From: Amphiscolops sp. MND2022
Lineage: Eukaryota
Direction: 5' to 3'
DNA length: 64,000 nt
Assembly (NCBI GenBank): GCA_964187785.1
Contig: OZ076409.1
Coordinates: 97,528,001-97,592,000, forward strand
The number at the start of each line of letters is the position of its first letter. Position 1 is the stretch's first letter. The notes beneath the pieces are model-generated. The model saw only the letters and a program-made list of their open reading frames with translations. It ran no database searches and was not told where the DNA came from. This document shows, piece by piece, positions 12,801 to 23,624 of this stretch. The translations under genes were made by a program, and so were the position numbers.

Positions 12801-15800
12801 TTTGGTCCCCGGTAAGTCGCATAGTGCCGAAAACATTGAGCAGTCCTTTATGCTCGCAAAACGTTTCGTCTCTAGTAAAAATTGAGGGGGGGGGGCTTCG
12901 ATGGAAACAAATTAGACAAAAAGAAAAGAAACACCGATCTTTACAAAAAAAAAAACAAAAATCGGATATAGAGTGCTGGGCCTGAGAAAACCTAATTTAA
13001 AGACAAAAATTATTCATTTTGAAAAATCTCACAATGCCGAAAACTGTAAGAGGGGACTCTTTGAGATTTTTTAACACCCATTCTTTTGCGAAATTTCACA
13101 AAAATTGAAGGGGGACCCTTTGGAGACTTTGAAGTTTTCGGAAAAAAAAACAAAACATGAGAATTTTTAACAGTCTCATAGTGCCGAAAACTCTGAAAGA
13201 CGGGACACTTTGGGATTTTTTAACATTCGTTCTGTTGCAAATAAACAAAAAATGAAGGGAGGAACCTCTGGGGATATTTAAAAAATTTCGAAAAAAAAGT
13301 CACAAAGCCGAAAAGGGGGGTCTCATAGTGCCGAAAAAGTGAGAATCTTCTGCTTCGGATTACTTGTAAAAAAAAGTTAGCGCATACGCACGGGTTCGAA
13401 CACGAACCCTCTGGGTTGAAAAGCAAGCATCTTACCACTAGACCACGAACGCCTGAACTACGTGACTTGCGGGCTGAAACGAGAGAGTTGTCGCGCGGAA
13501 AAAAAGCACCCGCACTTTCCCATAACACTTGCTTATCGCAAGTGTAACTACAGGTTTCCACTAGTCTTTGAAGAAAGCAATCAGTGATGGCAACCGTATG
13601 AACAATTTTATCCCGTGATCTCAGAATCTAATCGGGAAGCATTTCTATCGCAAGTTTTGGAATTCTTTGAGGTGCTTTCATAGATGATCTGACGGCATCA
13701 AATATATTTCTTCATTTCGGCCGAACTCTATCCCGGCAAACTTTCCACCCTAACAACCAAGGTGCCAGTTTCAAAATGTAAAAAAAAATGTTAGCAGGAT
13801 AGCTGACAGACGGAAACTTTTTCCTTCCCCTCACACGCATAAACTTTTGTGGAAAACTAGCAGTACGTAGCAGCTGATTGTATGATACTGTGACATCAAA
13901 AAATATATTGTTAGTGAGTAATTTGAATAATAATATATAATATGTAAGTAATTTGAATAATAATAATGTAAGAATAATAGTAATAATTAATTAGAACAAG
14001 CCGGGACCGGCCCAAGTCGGCGCCATATCCAAGGCTCAAAAATAGCAAAAAAACTTCCAAGTGTCAAGTATTCTCTTTTACAGTACTCGAAAATCGAAAA
14101 TTGTACGCAAAAAAATTTTTCGAAAAAATTACATACTCAAACAAATGGACCGAGTGGCGCGCCGGGGCCCGCTAGCGCAGGCCCCTGGCGCGCTGAAAAG
14201 GGGACACTTCCGAAATTGTCAACATTTTTGTCGCAGTTGAGGGGGTTTTGTCGCAAAACATCAAAAAATTGAAGGTGGAAAAATTTTATTTTCGGAAAAA
14301 ATCTTACAGTGCCAAAAAAACTGAAAGGGGGGACCGACTAAAAACAATCTCATTTTCTAAAAAAATGAGGGGGTTTTCTCAACATGGGGTTGGGGAACCG
14401 CCGACAAACGTTGATACTTTTTTTGAGGACATTGTCTTGCCTGATATCGTTTCGTTGAAGGGATTGCGGGGTTTGTTGTTGTTCCACGTTTTCTCCCCTC
14501 CCCCTCCTCCACCGCTGGCTCCTGCGCCCCGTCTCCAGATGGTGTCGAAGAGAGAGCCCTGGCTAGAAACAGAAGCACTCCCCGTGTCCACTCTGTTGTG
14601 GCCCCCCTGTAGTGACGATGATGATGATGATGATAATGAGGATGAGGTTTGACTACCGTCGAAACAACAGCCGGCGATGCAGGGGTGAGACAGCTTGATG
14701 TTGGGAATGGACTTGAGTAGTTTTCCTAAACACAACACTTACTCTAATCCATGGAAAACTTTAAAGACATTTGTCGTGTGAGAGCGGCCACCCATCTAGG
14801 TTCTTTTCTGCCCCCTTCACAACCAGTTTTTTTTTTAAAAAAACAGTTGAAAGCATTACAATAAAAGACTAACAAGCCGGGAACGGCCCAAGTCGGCGCC
14901 ATATCAAAGGCTCAAAAATAGCAAAAGGACTTCAAAGTGTCAAGTACTCTCCTCTACAGTACCCAAAAAAATTCCAACAATTTTTTGAATTTTTTTGAAG
15001 TTTCTGGTAAGTCGCATTGTACCGAAAAATGTAAAAGGGGCCCTTTGGCTGTTTTTCAACATCCATTCTTTTGCAAAATAGGAAAAAAATGAAGGGTGGA
15101 CCCTTCGGAGACATTAAAAAAATAAAAAGTCTCACAAAGCCGAAAAAAATCTACACAAAAAAAAATTGGTCAAGGGCGGGACTCGAACCCATGTCCTTCC
15201 GCTTGGCAGACCTCAAAAAGCCGTAACCTCTATGCCAGTGTGGTTTAGTATTACTGCCAGACAATGTTAGTGCCAGACAGCAGTGTTAGTGCTTACTTAT
15301 AAAATTTATAAAATCTGTCAGTTCGTTGGTCTTAAAAAAAGTCACTACTATAGTCTGCGTTTTTCTTCGAAAAGCGCCGACTAAAAACCGCAGCAAAACC
15401 TTTTAAGTTTAAATCTAATTTCAAGTAGGCAGTTAAGGATACAACTACAAATTTTGTTCACGCTATTTCTCTCCATGAAGTCACTTGATTTTTGATTAGG
15501 AAGTCAAAAGCTCCCTGTTTTGAGTCACAAAAAACAGTTGATTCGAAAAAAAATCACAGTGAAAGTGAGTGAAAAATGTTTTGTTGAAACCAAAAACTAG
15601 TTCAATAGAAGTTGACTTCCTGTTTTGGAAGAAGATTTCTCTTCTAATCAGGCCAGTTTGGATCAATTTTTGAGAATTTCCATTAAAAAATGATGATGGG
15701 GGACAGAAAAGAGCTCAACACGCTTATTAATTTCACCCCGAATAATAATATCGAAGGTGCCAAAAATTAGCTCCTATTCATTTCTCATGCAGAACACTTA

Positions 15801-18800
15801 ATCATCAATGAAAAGCGACTCAGCTTTGGATCAGCCGATTGCGAGCGAGCCTTGATAATTGAAATTGGAATGATTCCGATCAAGGATGTAAAAAATATTT
15901 TGTACTTGATCATAAGGCTCTTTTTTCTAAACCACCCCCCCCACCATCAAAATTTTTTTGAAAAATCTACAGAAATTTTTTAAAACTAATTGAATTCGAA
16001 GTAAAAATTTAACTTCTATTGGAATAGTTTTTTGTTTGAACAAAAAGTTTTTTCACACCTTTTGACTGTGAATATGTTAAAAATTAACTGTTTTTTGTGA
16101 TTCAAAACACGAAGCTGTTGAAATTTCAACAAGAATGCGTTACTTCATTAGGAAATATAGCTTGAACAAAGTTTGTATCTCAATTCTAAACTTTCATCGT
16201 GAGAATAAATATAAAAGTAAAGGTTTCGAATTCAGTTCGAAGTCTTTTTTAATAATTTCACAAAAATTTTTTCGAAAAAATAGGTGGCGGGGGGGATTAC
16301 AGAAAAGAACCGATCATAATGACAATAAATAATCACTTTTCGTTTTGATTTCAAACAATATGTTTGAGTACACCCGCCCGTAGATTAGGTCATGGAAATC
16401 AGTTCAAGTGAGCTGACCTGATGAATGAATATGAATGAATGAATATTTAAATTCGTATTCGTTGCCCTGCTCGGGCTTACAAATTACAAAGTTTGCATTT
16501 TACAGCAAACGTTGTTGGTAATGGTGCTATGGATTATAGAGCCGAATGATATTAAAGACGAATGGTATTATAGCCGAATAGAATTGAATTCTCAATTTTA
16601 ATTGGTTAAACCACTTGAGAAAGAAGCTTCAATTTCGTAACTATTATGTAACAATTACATGTAGAAAAAACAAGCCGGGACCGGCCCAAGTCGGCGCCAA
16701 ATCTAAGGCTCAAAAATAGCAAAAGGACTTCAATATGTCAAAGTATTTATGAGTTGGGGACCCTTTTATGAAGAAAAATTTTTGGAAAAAAAGTCTCACA
16801 ATGCCGAAAAAAACTGAAAGGGAGGACCCTTTGGGGGTTTTCAACATCCATTTTGTCGCAAAACATCAAAAAATTGAAGGGGAAAAAATTTTTAGTTTCG
16901 GAAAAAAATTCCACAGTGCCGAAAAAACTGAAAGGGGGGACCCTTTGGGATTTTCCAACATCCATTCGGTCGCAAAACAGCAAAAACTTGAAGGGGGACC
17001 CTTTGGGGAAATTTTTTTTCCAGAAAAAAGTCTCACAATGCCGAAAAAAAACTGAAAGAGGGGACCGTTTGGTCTCGCCCGGTATGGTATGTTGCGCGGG
17101 AAAACAGGAAAAACCTTTTTGGTTCAGTTCGCTAGGCCAAATGGTGCAATTTGGTGCAATAATATTTTGTAGAACTTTTGTAGAACTAGTTTGATCAGTT
17201 CAGATGGTCTTAAAAAACACTGACGAAAAGCGATGACTATAGTCGAATCTTTTCGAAGAAAAGCGCCGACTAAAAATGAAAGTTAATGCATGTAGATTCG
17301 GTCAAAATCACAAGCGGCTATAATCCTGTTCGGTTAAAATCACGGCTACCGTTGGTAATTTGTTTACAAAACATGGTTAATAAAAAATTATGTAATAGAA
17401 TGCTGACCTGACAGAATGTGATAAATGTTGAGTTGCCAGGTGGTGGTGTTTTTGGGGGTGGCCGAGGCAGCGGCGGCAGAGACTGATGTGTTGTTGCCAG
17501 TTGCGGGGGGGTTGTTCGAATGGCCAGTTGAACTGGCAGAGTGATGTCCTGTCCCCCCGTTGCTAGGCATCCAGTTGAGCACGAGCAGCCACTTGCCACA
17601 GATGTGTCTCCCACCGATGCTCGGAACCCCCACAGTCGACAACTTGAACCTTGAATGCAGGCGAAGTTCTCAACGGACGAATAATTAACGCATAATTACG
17701 AACATTCGCTCGCTTCATCTCAATGACGTCAGCGTACGAATGCATTATTACCTTTCGCTCGTTCCATCGCACGAGAATTGAAATGTCGGCAGCTTGAGAA
17801 ATTTAATTCTCACGCTTATAGTCACTGCCGAACAAATATCTGAATCATTCAGTATCACAAAAATTTTACTGAAAAAAGTAGATATCTTGAGATTTCAATA
17901 ACATTTCTGCTATCGCAGAAAAAATAATAAATGAATTGGACCTGTGATAGTAAAAATTGATTTGGACTCAGTTAAAAGCCGACCAAGGGATGGAGATTTC
18001 GCAGAATTTGGAAAACGAGCCGGGACCGGCCCAAGTCAGCACCATATCCATTACGATACATATGCCGCAACGAACTAGCAAGATGGAGCCATAAACTGGT
18101 GGCGAACTACCAAGGCTCAAAAATAGCGAAAGGACTTCTAAGTGTCAATTTACAGTACTCGAAAATCGAAAAACCAAAAAATGGACCGAGTGACGCACCG
18201 GGGCCCGCTAGCTAGGCCAAATGGTGCAATTTGGTGCAATAATATTTTGTAGAACTTTTAAGAACTATTTTGGTCAGTTCGTGTGGATTGAAAAAAAGAA
18301 AAGTCACTATAATAGTCGCGTTTCACTTCATGAAGCGCCGACTAAAAAACGCAACACAGTGGGGGCGGAAAATGATGAACTCACTGGTACTCTTTTCGAC
18401 TGGCTTCAATCTTGTGGATCTTCTCGAGCGAGTGCTGCAAGATGAGGATCCTCTTGACCTGTGCGACCTGGGTCAGGGGGTCGGAGGGGTCCTCTCTGAT
18501 GAGGTAGCCGAAAGCCTCCAGACTGAACTTGTGCGCGTTCCTCCCCATGCACTGCATCCGCTGTGCCCAGTAGCTCCGCATGATGTGCCGCCATCGTACA
18601 CACACCTGGCAAACGTACAAATAAACAAGCCGGGAACGGCCCAAGTCGGCGCCATATCTAAGGCTCAAAAAGACTCGAAAACGAAAACCACTTTTTCTAC
18701 AACTGGAGACAACAAAAGCTCTCAAATAACTGAAAATTGAGAAAAAAATCCTTTTTTCGAAACTTTTTTGAAGTTTCCGGTAAGTCGCATAGTGCCGAAA

Positions 18801-20865
18801 AATGTAAAGGGGGACGCTTTGGGATTTTTTGAACATCCATTCTGTTGCAAAATATCAAAAATTGATGGAAGGAACAATTTAAAAAATTTCGGAAAAAAAT
18901 CAATCTCACAGTGCCGAAAAAAGGAGGAAAGTCTCATAATGTCGAAAACAGTGGACCCTTCTGCTTTGGAATAGCTTTTTATCTCATGTTAGAGGCTTTG
19001 GATGCGTTGAAAATGAAGTACTAAGTACATATGGTAAAAGTTGGTAAATGTGCATTAATGCACAAAAAATGGACGTTTCCCGTTGAACTGACGAAAAAAA
19101 ACTAGCCACTGTAAGAGTCGGGATTTTCTTTGAAAACGCCGACTAACAACACCTTGATTGCAACCGAAATATGAAGTAAAACCCAAGTAAAGTTTTTTAA
19201 ATATGCCAAGGGATGCGCAGGGAATAAGACTGGAAAAACCGCCGCTTTTTCCTAACTGGGAACATTAAAAAACTCAATATTTTGAAAATTTGAAATTTTT
19301 CAAAATGAACTTCTCTTCGGAAAAAAGTCTCATAGTGTCGAAAAAGGTGCTTTCAGCGCGCCAAACACTTTTTGGCGGCCAAAAATGTTTATAGAAGTGA
19401 AGGCGTACACTTTCAGCAATTAGTCGCACAGTGAAGAAAAAAACAGTAGGTCTTTTACACAATAATTGACAAAATTCATCAGTTCCAGAGGATTTTAAAA
19501 AATAATCGAAGAGGTCACCTCAAGACCCGGAAAAGTGTTTTTTTTTTTAAAAGAAAACCTCAAAAAAACAAAAAATTGATCTCTATGATCGCAAAATGCT
19601 TTGTTTCGGCTAAAAATCGAGGGATGGTTTTAAAAATTCAGATAAAAGTAGCATAAATAAATCTTGTATCTCCTCTACATTTGCAAGCATTAACAAGCCG
19701 GGAACAGCCCAAGTCGGCGCCATATATAAGGCTCAAACATAGCAAAAGTGTAAAGTATTCTCTTCTACAGTACATACATGAGGAAAAAATTTTTTCAGCA
19801 ATTTTTTTTGAAGTCTCCGGTAAGTCGCATAGTGCCGCAAAACGTAAAGGGGGGACTTTGGTAATTTTTGAACATCCATTATTTTGCAAAATAGAAAAAA
19901 ATTGAAGGGGGAACCTTTGGAGACATAAAAAAATTTGCGAAACAAAGTCTCACAAAGCCGAAAATGTTGGTCAAGGGAGAGATTCGAACCCACGTCCTTC
20001 TGCTTGGCAGACCTCAAAAAATCCCAATTAACCTCTATGCCAAGTGGCAGTAGAAGTTACCTTAGTGTGGCAGTTAGTGGAAGCCAGCTTATAAAGCTTA
20101 TAAAATCTGTCACTTCGTTGGTCTTAAAAAAGAAAAGTCCCTACTATAGTCTGCGTTTTTCTACGAAAAGCGCCGACTAAAAAATTCGGTACAGTGCGAG
20201 ACTCGAACGTGCGAGACGTTCTCCGGCTTCCACATCAAGAAATCTGCGTTAACCTCTAGGCCAAGTGGCAGTCAGATATTACTAAGTTACAGCTAAGTGG
20301 TAGCTTACAAGTATAGAATTACTTTAAGAAATCTGTCAGCTCGCTGGTCTTGAGAAAGTCACTGGTATAGCCGGTTCTTTGAAAAGCGCCAACTAACGAG
20401 AGGAAAATTACAAAAAAACGTAAATGACTTCTCTGCGTCTGAGCCCAAGTTCAAATAGTTCGATTCGAGCAAGATATCATTTCATATCAGACCGACAGTT
20501 GTAACAGCTGTTAACCTTGGCGTCAATTTCTCGACAGCATTCAAGCTTTCAAAATTGAAACGTGACACGAAACGTTTTAGAACGACCAAGAAGCAGTCGA
20601 AACTAAAAGGTATCATAACTGAAATGAAAATGAGAAATGTAGTTCAAAATTAATCGCAAAAATGCAAAATGGTTCCCTTTTTTGGGTCCAAACTATTTTT
20701 TTTCAAACGTTTTTACATGGCCGAAATTTTACATTTTTCTTGCTGATTCTTACAGATTATGACGTCATCAAAAAAGCGGAAAATTACCTTCTCACACGTG
20801 AAAGCTCCCAGTGGATCCAAGAGGTCGAAAATGCGTTCGAGGATTTCATTAGGCACCTTTTCCAT
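671..20865 (-). CDS. F-box domain protein, 9 coding exons, 581 aa; C-terminal region unassigned (possibly a degenerate beta-propeller)
   Basis: Exons 20865-20788, 18605-18385, 17649-17408, 14725-14441, 11503-11327, 9078-8894, 4927-4762, 2814-2583 and 830-671 sum to 1746 nt, with all phases compatible and no internal stop. The N-terminus MEKVPNEILERIFDLLDPLGAFTCEK|VCVRWRHI matches the F-box consensus (LP.EIL..IF..L........VC..W). Confidence 0.85.
1220..1512. repeat. Dispersed repeat; inverted homologues at about 62645-62897 and 25830-25972
   Basis: Shared GCATTTA.GGCATTAGGG.TATGTGAACAT.GCTGA.TACG core. Confidence 0.75.
2110..2376 (-). mobile_element. tRNA-derived SINE-like element with CORE-like motifs
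   Basis: A box TGGCGTAGTGG and B box GGTTCGAATC, followed by GCCTTGAGCAAGTC and GTGACCTTGAGCAAGTCAC, which resemble the MIR/CORE motif. Confidence 0.55.
2583..2814 (-). CDS. F-box gene exon 8
   Basis: Acceptor gttgttcag, donor CAG|GTGAGT. Confidence 0.8.
4762..4927 (-). CDS. F-box gene exon 7 (VWRVEFKDESVFALACRTKVLFFD...)
   Basis: Weak acceptor tttgag, donor CAG|GTTTG; phases fit both neighbours. Confidence 0.78.
6620..8092 (+). pseudogene. Tc1/mariner transposase remnant, interrupted by a HINE-like insertion at 6963-7445
   Basis: Motifs WSDETK, TKYGGGSLMF, FQQDNDPKHT and QSPDLNFIEHPW (Tc1 DD34E), with stops and frameshifts. Confidence 0.88.
8390..8800. mobile_element. Same Merlin-like MITE family
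   Basis: Homologous to 10768-11175; TSD GGCACTCT / GACACTCT. Confidence 0.75.
8894..9078 (-). CDS. F-box gene exon 6
   Basis: Acceptor ttttgttgtag, donor CAG|GTCTGT. Confidence 0.8.
9738..9800 (-). repeat. tRNA-like head within a dispersed repeat (about 9636-10115; second copy about 26305-26815)
   Basis: TGGTGCAATGGTAAGC...GGGGTTCGGGCCCC; acceptor stem does not pair; flanks are shared between the copies. Confidence 0.6.
10768..11175. mobile_element. Merlin-like MITE of about 400 bp (GGCTCTTTTCTG TIR family)
   Basis: Long TIRs and 8-bp TSD GACGTTAA. Confidence 0.82.
11327..11503 (-). CDS. F-box gene exon 5
   Basis: Acceptor ttttggtttcag, donor G|GTGCGT; 177 nt, symmetric phase 1. Confidence 0.72.
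13381..13453 (-). pseudogene. tRNA-like (TTC/Glu-type loop) pseudogene embedded in a HINE-related repeat; second copy at about 61722-61803
   Basis: GTGGTCTAGTGGTAAGA...CTTTTCAAC...GTGTTCGAACCC; stems are poorly paired. Confidence 0.55.
14441..14725 (-). CDS. F-box gene exon 4 (Ser/Gly-rich)
   Basis: Acceptor gtgtttag; probable GC donor CAG|GCAAGA keeps phase 1. Confidence 0.75.
15916..16311. mobile_element. Same Merlin-like MITE family; further copies at about 14799-15716 (HINE-interrupted) and about 46380-46700 (partial)
   Basis: TIRs and perfect TSD GATCATAA. Confidence 0.78.
16670..17275 (-). mobile_element. HINE-like element; other copies at about 4143-4662, 6010-6615, 6963-7445, 13996-14345, 14872-15387, 18015-18349, 18625-19147, 19694-20183, 28097-28526, 34505-34860, 35117-35720, 36121-36521 and 45408-46046
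   Basis: Shared termini ACAAGCCGGGA.CGGCCCAAGTCGGCGC ... GCGCCGACTAAAAA on the + strand, with internal tandem subrepeats (GTGCCGAAAAA...AAAGGGGGACCCTTT). Confidence 0.85.
17408..17649 (-). CDS. F-box gene exon 3
   Basis: Acceptor cattcaag (phase 2), donor CAG|GTCAGC; open frame FKLSTVGVPSIGGRHICGKW... Confidence 0.78.
18385..18605 (-). CDS. F-box gene exon 2 (VCVRWRHIMRS...KEY)
   Basis: Acceptor tttgccag, donor CA|GTGAGT; GC-rich island among repeats. Confidence 0.85.
20788..20865 (-). CDS. F-box gene coding exon 1 (MEKVPNEILERIFDLLDPLGAFTCEK)
   Basis: ATG with an in-frame TGA upstream; donor AAG|GTAATT; F-box N-terminal half. Confidence 0.85.
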
Positions 20866-23218
20866 TGCACTTGACTGCTTCTGTCAGCAGGTAGTAATTG
20901 CAGCAGCCAGAGTTACAGTACTGTGAATAAAAAATCATGATTGATATCGGTTGATCATTTTTGAAATCAAGTTGAGGTAATTCAGCATAAAACTTGTGAA
21001 AAAAACTGTGGATAAAACAGTCAAAAACTGGAAAAACAGCAAGAATTCCCAATTTTACTCAAAATCAGCTCTTTGTAACTTTCTCAATTTTTGCCCCAGA
21101 AAAATTTTAAAACCACTAATATAAACTAGATGAAATTCTGAGAAACTTTTAATTTTGATGTTTTTCAAAATTTTCAACCGATTTTGAGAAAATCGAGCCT
21201 AAATCGCCCGACGGGGATGTTTTCGTAATCACAGAACTGTAGTAGTATGCTGTAAATGATTTTACCTGCTTTGCGAGTTATCAATAATAAATGTGCAAAT
21301 TTGTGCTGACGATGTAAAGCAAAACTAACAACGTCATACATTCATTTTATCAATTGCGCAGGGAAACAAGCAAGGTGGTTGTTTGTATGTAAAAACATTG
21401 GGAAAACAAGAAGCTCAAACGGTGAAACTGGGGGACATCAATGGTAGGCGAGGAAAGACGGAAGAGATGCAAGGATAACGACGACAAAGATTCGCCTGTC
21501 ACAAGCCGACTGTTGCTCCTTTTACACAGTTTTTACACCAGTGAATTGCGGCCAATGAGGAGTGCGGGGAAGCAAGGAAAGAAGTAACTGAGTAACTGAA
21601 GTACTTCGCATACGGGGTTCAATTTCACTTGGCGACGGCGACCAAGCGACGATAAGGGGAATATTTTTGACTATAGTTATGACACGACCAACTGTGCGTT
21701 AGCATGTTTGCATGGTATGATGGTGGTGGTGGTATAAGCCTAGACATGGACTAGAATTCGTCTTGTTATCTCGACCGAATGTCTTCGGAAAACAGCAGAA
21801 AAATGGGAATAAATATGGATAGCAAAAATAGAAATTGAATGATACGATGTAGAGTGGCGGTATTTGTGGCTTTCGGCTGACTATTGTAGGCAGTATAATA
21901 GGGGTACGGTAGATTCTAGCGTTTGCACAGAGGAAGTCACTGATGTTAATGAATGGGGATGGATTGATGGAGTAACGATGAAGGAAGTAATTAAACAAAT
22001 GACGTTTGTTTTCCTTTTTCCTCTTCTTTCCGCGGCGGCTTCACAAAAGCACGACTTTGAATATGGTGGTAAGGGTGGTAAGTATGCTCAAGTAATACAC
22101 CACTCGTTCACTGTTCAACGGGCCCACCGATGGTATCATGTTAGGCACTATAAATGTTAGGCAGAGCTGCTGACCCATTGGTGGTTAATGGACGACACTA
22201 TTTGAGTACCACAAACTCGTAAAACAACAACGAAATTTTAAACCATCATCATTTTCTTTTCTTCATTGTTTTCTGTAATTGACGCAAAGTTCCGTTGCGC
22301 AAACCATCATTCGAATCTGTTTGAATTTTTAAATATATAAAAAATCAGCAAAATCATGCGAATTCCCGAAATCAAGACAAGTTTCGATAAAGGGATTCCA
22401 TTGATTTATGCAAAACAGAGGAGGTTAGACTTCTATTTCCTTGGATGGTAGTAAGTAATTCATCCATTATTCACACCATAAATGGGAGACACTGCTGAAC
22501 AACATGATGCAAAGTAATCCCATTCTGCGTCGTGATGGTCGTCTATGGTTCCATCTTTCCATCAGTCATCATGTGATATTATACGATAGCTTATCCACGG
22601 GGGGGGGGGAGAGTTATTTTCAACGTCTTCCAATCAATTCCCAGCTCCCTTTTTCCACTTTTTGGAGCAATAAGAGAGGAAAAATGAAATTAGCTCGAGG
22701 GTCGGACCTTCACTTTGCTGATAACGTTGCAATTAGCGCGTTGCACGTGGTTTGCGTGGCGGCTATCAGTCATTGTTAAATCTGAAAAAAATCACAGGTC
22801 AATTTCGCATGTCGCTGAATAATGAAGCAATAAATCGGAGAATTTTTGGCAAAGTAAATTGCATTTTGCCGATGGAAAGACATGGATTTACAGGAAGCAG
22901 ACGAACTGGTGGTAAAATGGTAAGGTTTGCAACAAGACCCAGGGATGTAAAAAAATATTGCAATTAAATATATTGACGATCAAAAATTTTCATATATTTT
23001 TAGTTTCGTACAGAACAATATATTATTTGTTCCAATGTATTTGTTTTGGGCCAATATAATTTGATATTCATTTTAACATTGGCCGTATTAATTAGGAAGT
23101 TCGTGCAAATCCGAAAGCTTTCAATAAGACCAGTTTTTTTCTAAAGAATAGTTACAATTATTTCTCTATGTTTTCAATTCGTAGGCTTCATAATTTATTC
23201 TTGACTCTTTTATTCCAT

Positions 23219-23624
23219 TTTTTAGTCGGCACTTTTCTTTAGAAAAGAGTCGACTATAGTCATGGCTTTTCGTTAGTGTTTTTTTAAAGATCACCTGAAC
23301 TGACCAAAATAGTTCTACAAAATATTATTGCACCAAATTGCACCATTTGCCCTAGCGAACTGAACCAAAAAGGTTTTCCCGCGTAACATACCATACCGGG
23401 CGAGACCAAAGGGTCCCCCCTTTCAGTATTTTTCGGCATTGTGAGACTTTTTTCCGGAAAAAAAATTTTGCCCAAAGGGTCCCCCTTCAATTTTTTGATG
23501 TTTTGCGACAAAATGGATGTTGAAAACCCCCAAAGGGTCCACCCTTGTTTTTTTCGGCATTGTGAGACCTTTTGCTATTTTTGAGCCTTAGATATGGCGC
23601 CGACTTGGGCCGGTCCCGGCTTGT
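23219..23624 (+). mobile_element. HINE-like element in the opposite orientation
   Basis: TTTTTAGTCGGCACTTTT ... GGCGCCGACTTGGGCCGGTCCCGGCTTGTT. Confidence 0.85.

Noticed and set aside
13381..13453. Functional tRNA genes here and at 9738-9800, 26446-26508 and 61722-61803
   Set aside because: Acceptor and anticodon stems do not pair, and the flanks are shared between repeat copies.
21400..22200. Unique, slightly GC-richer region with 98-99 aa ORFs upstream of the F-box gene
   Set aside because: No recognisable motif or consistent splice structure; probably promoter or UTR sequence.
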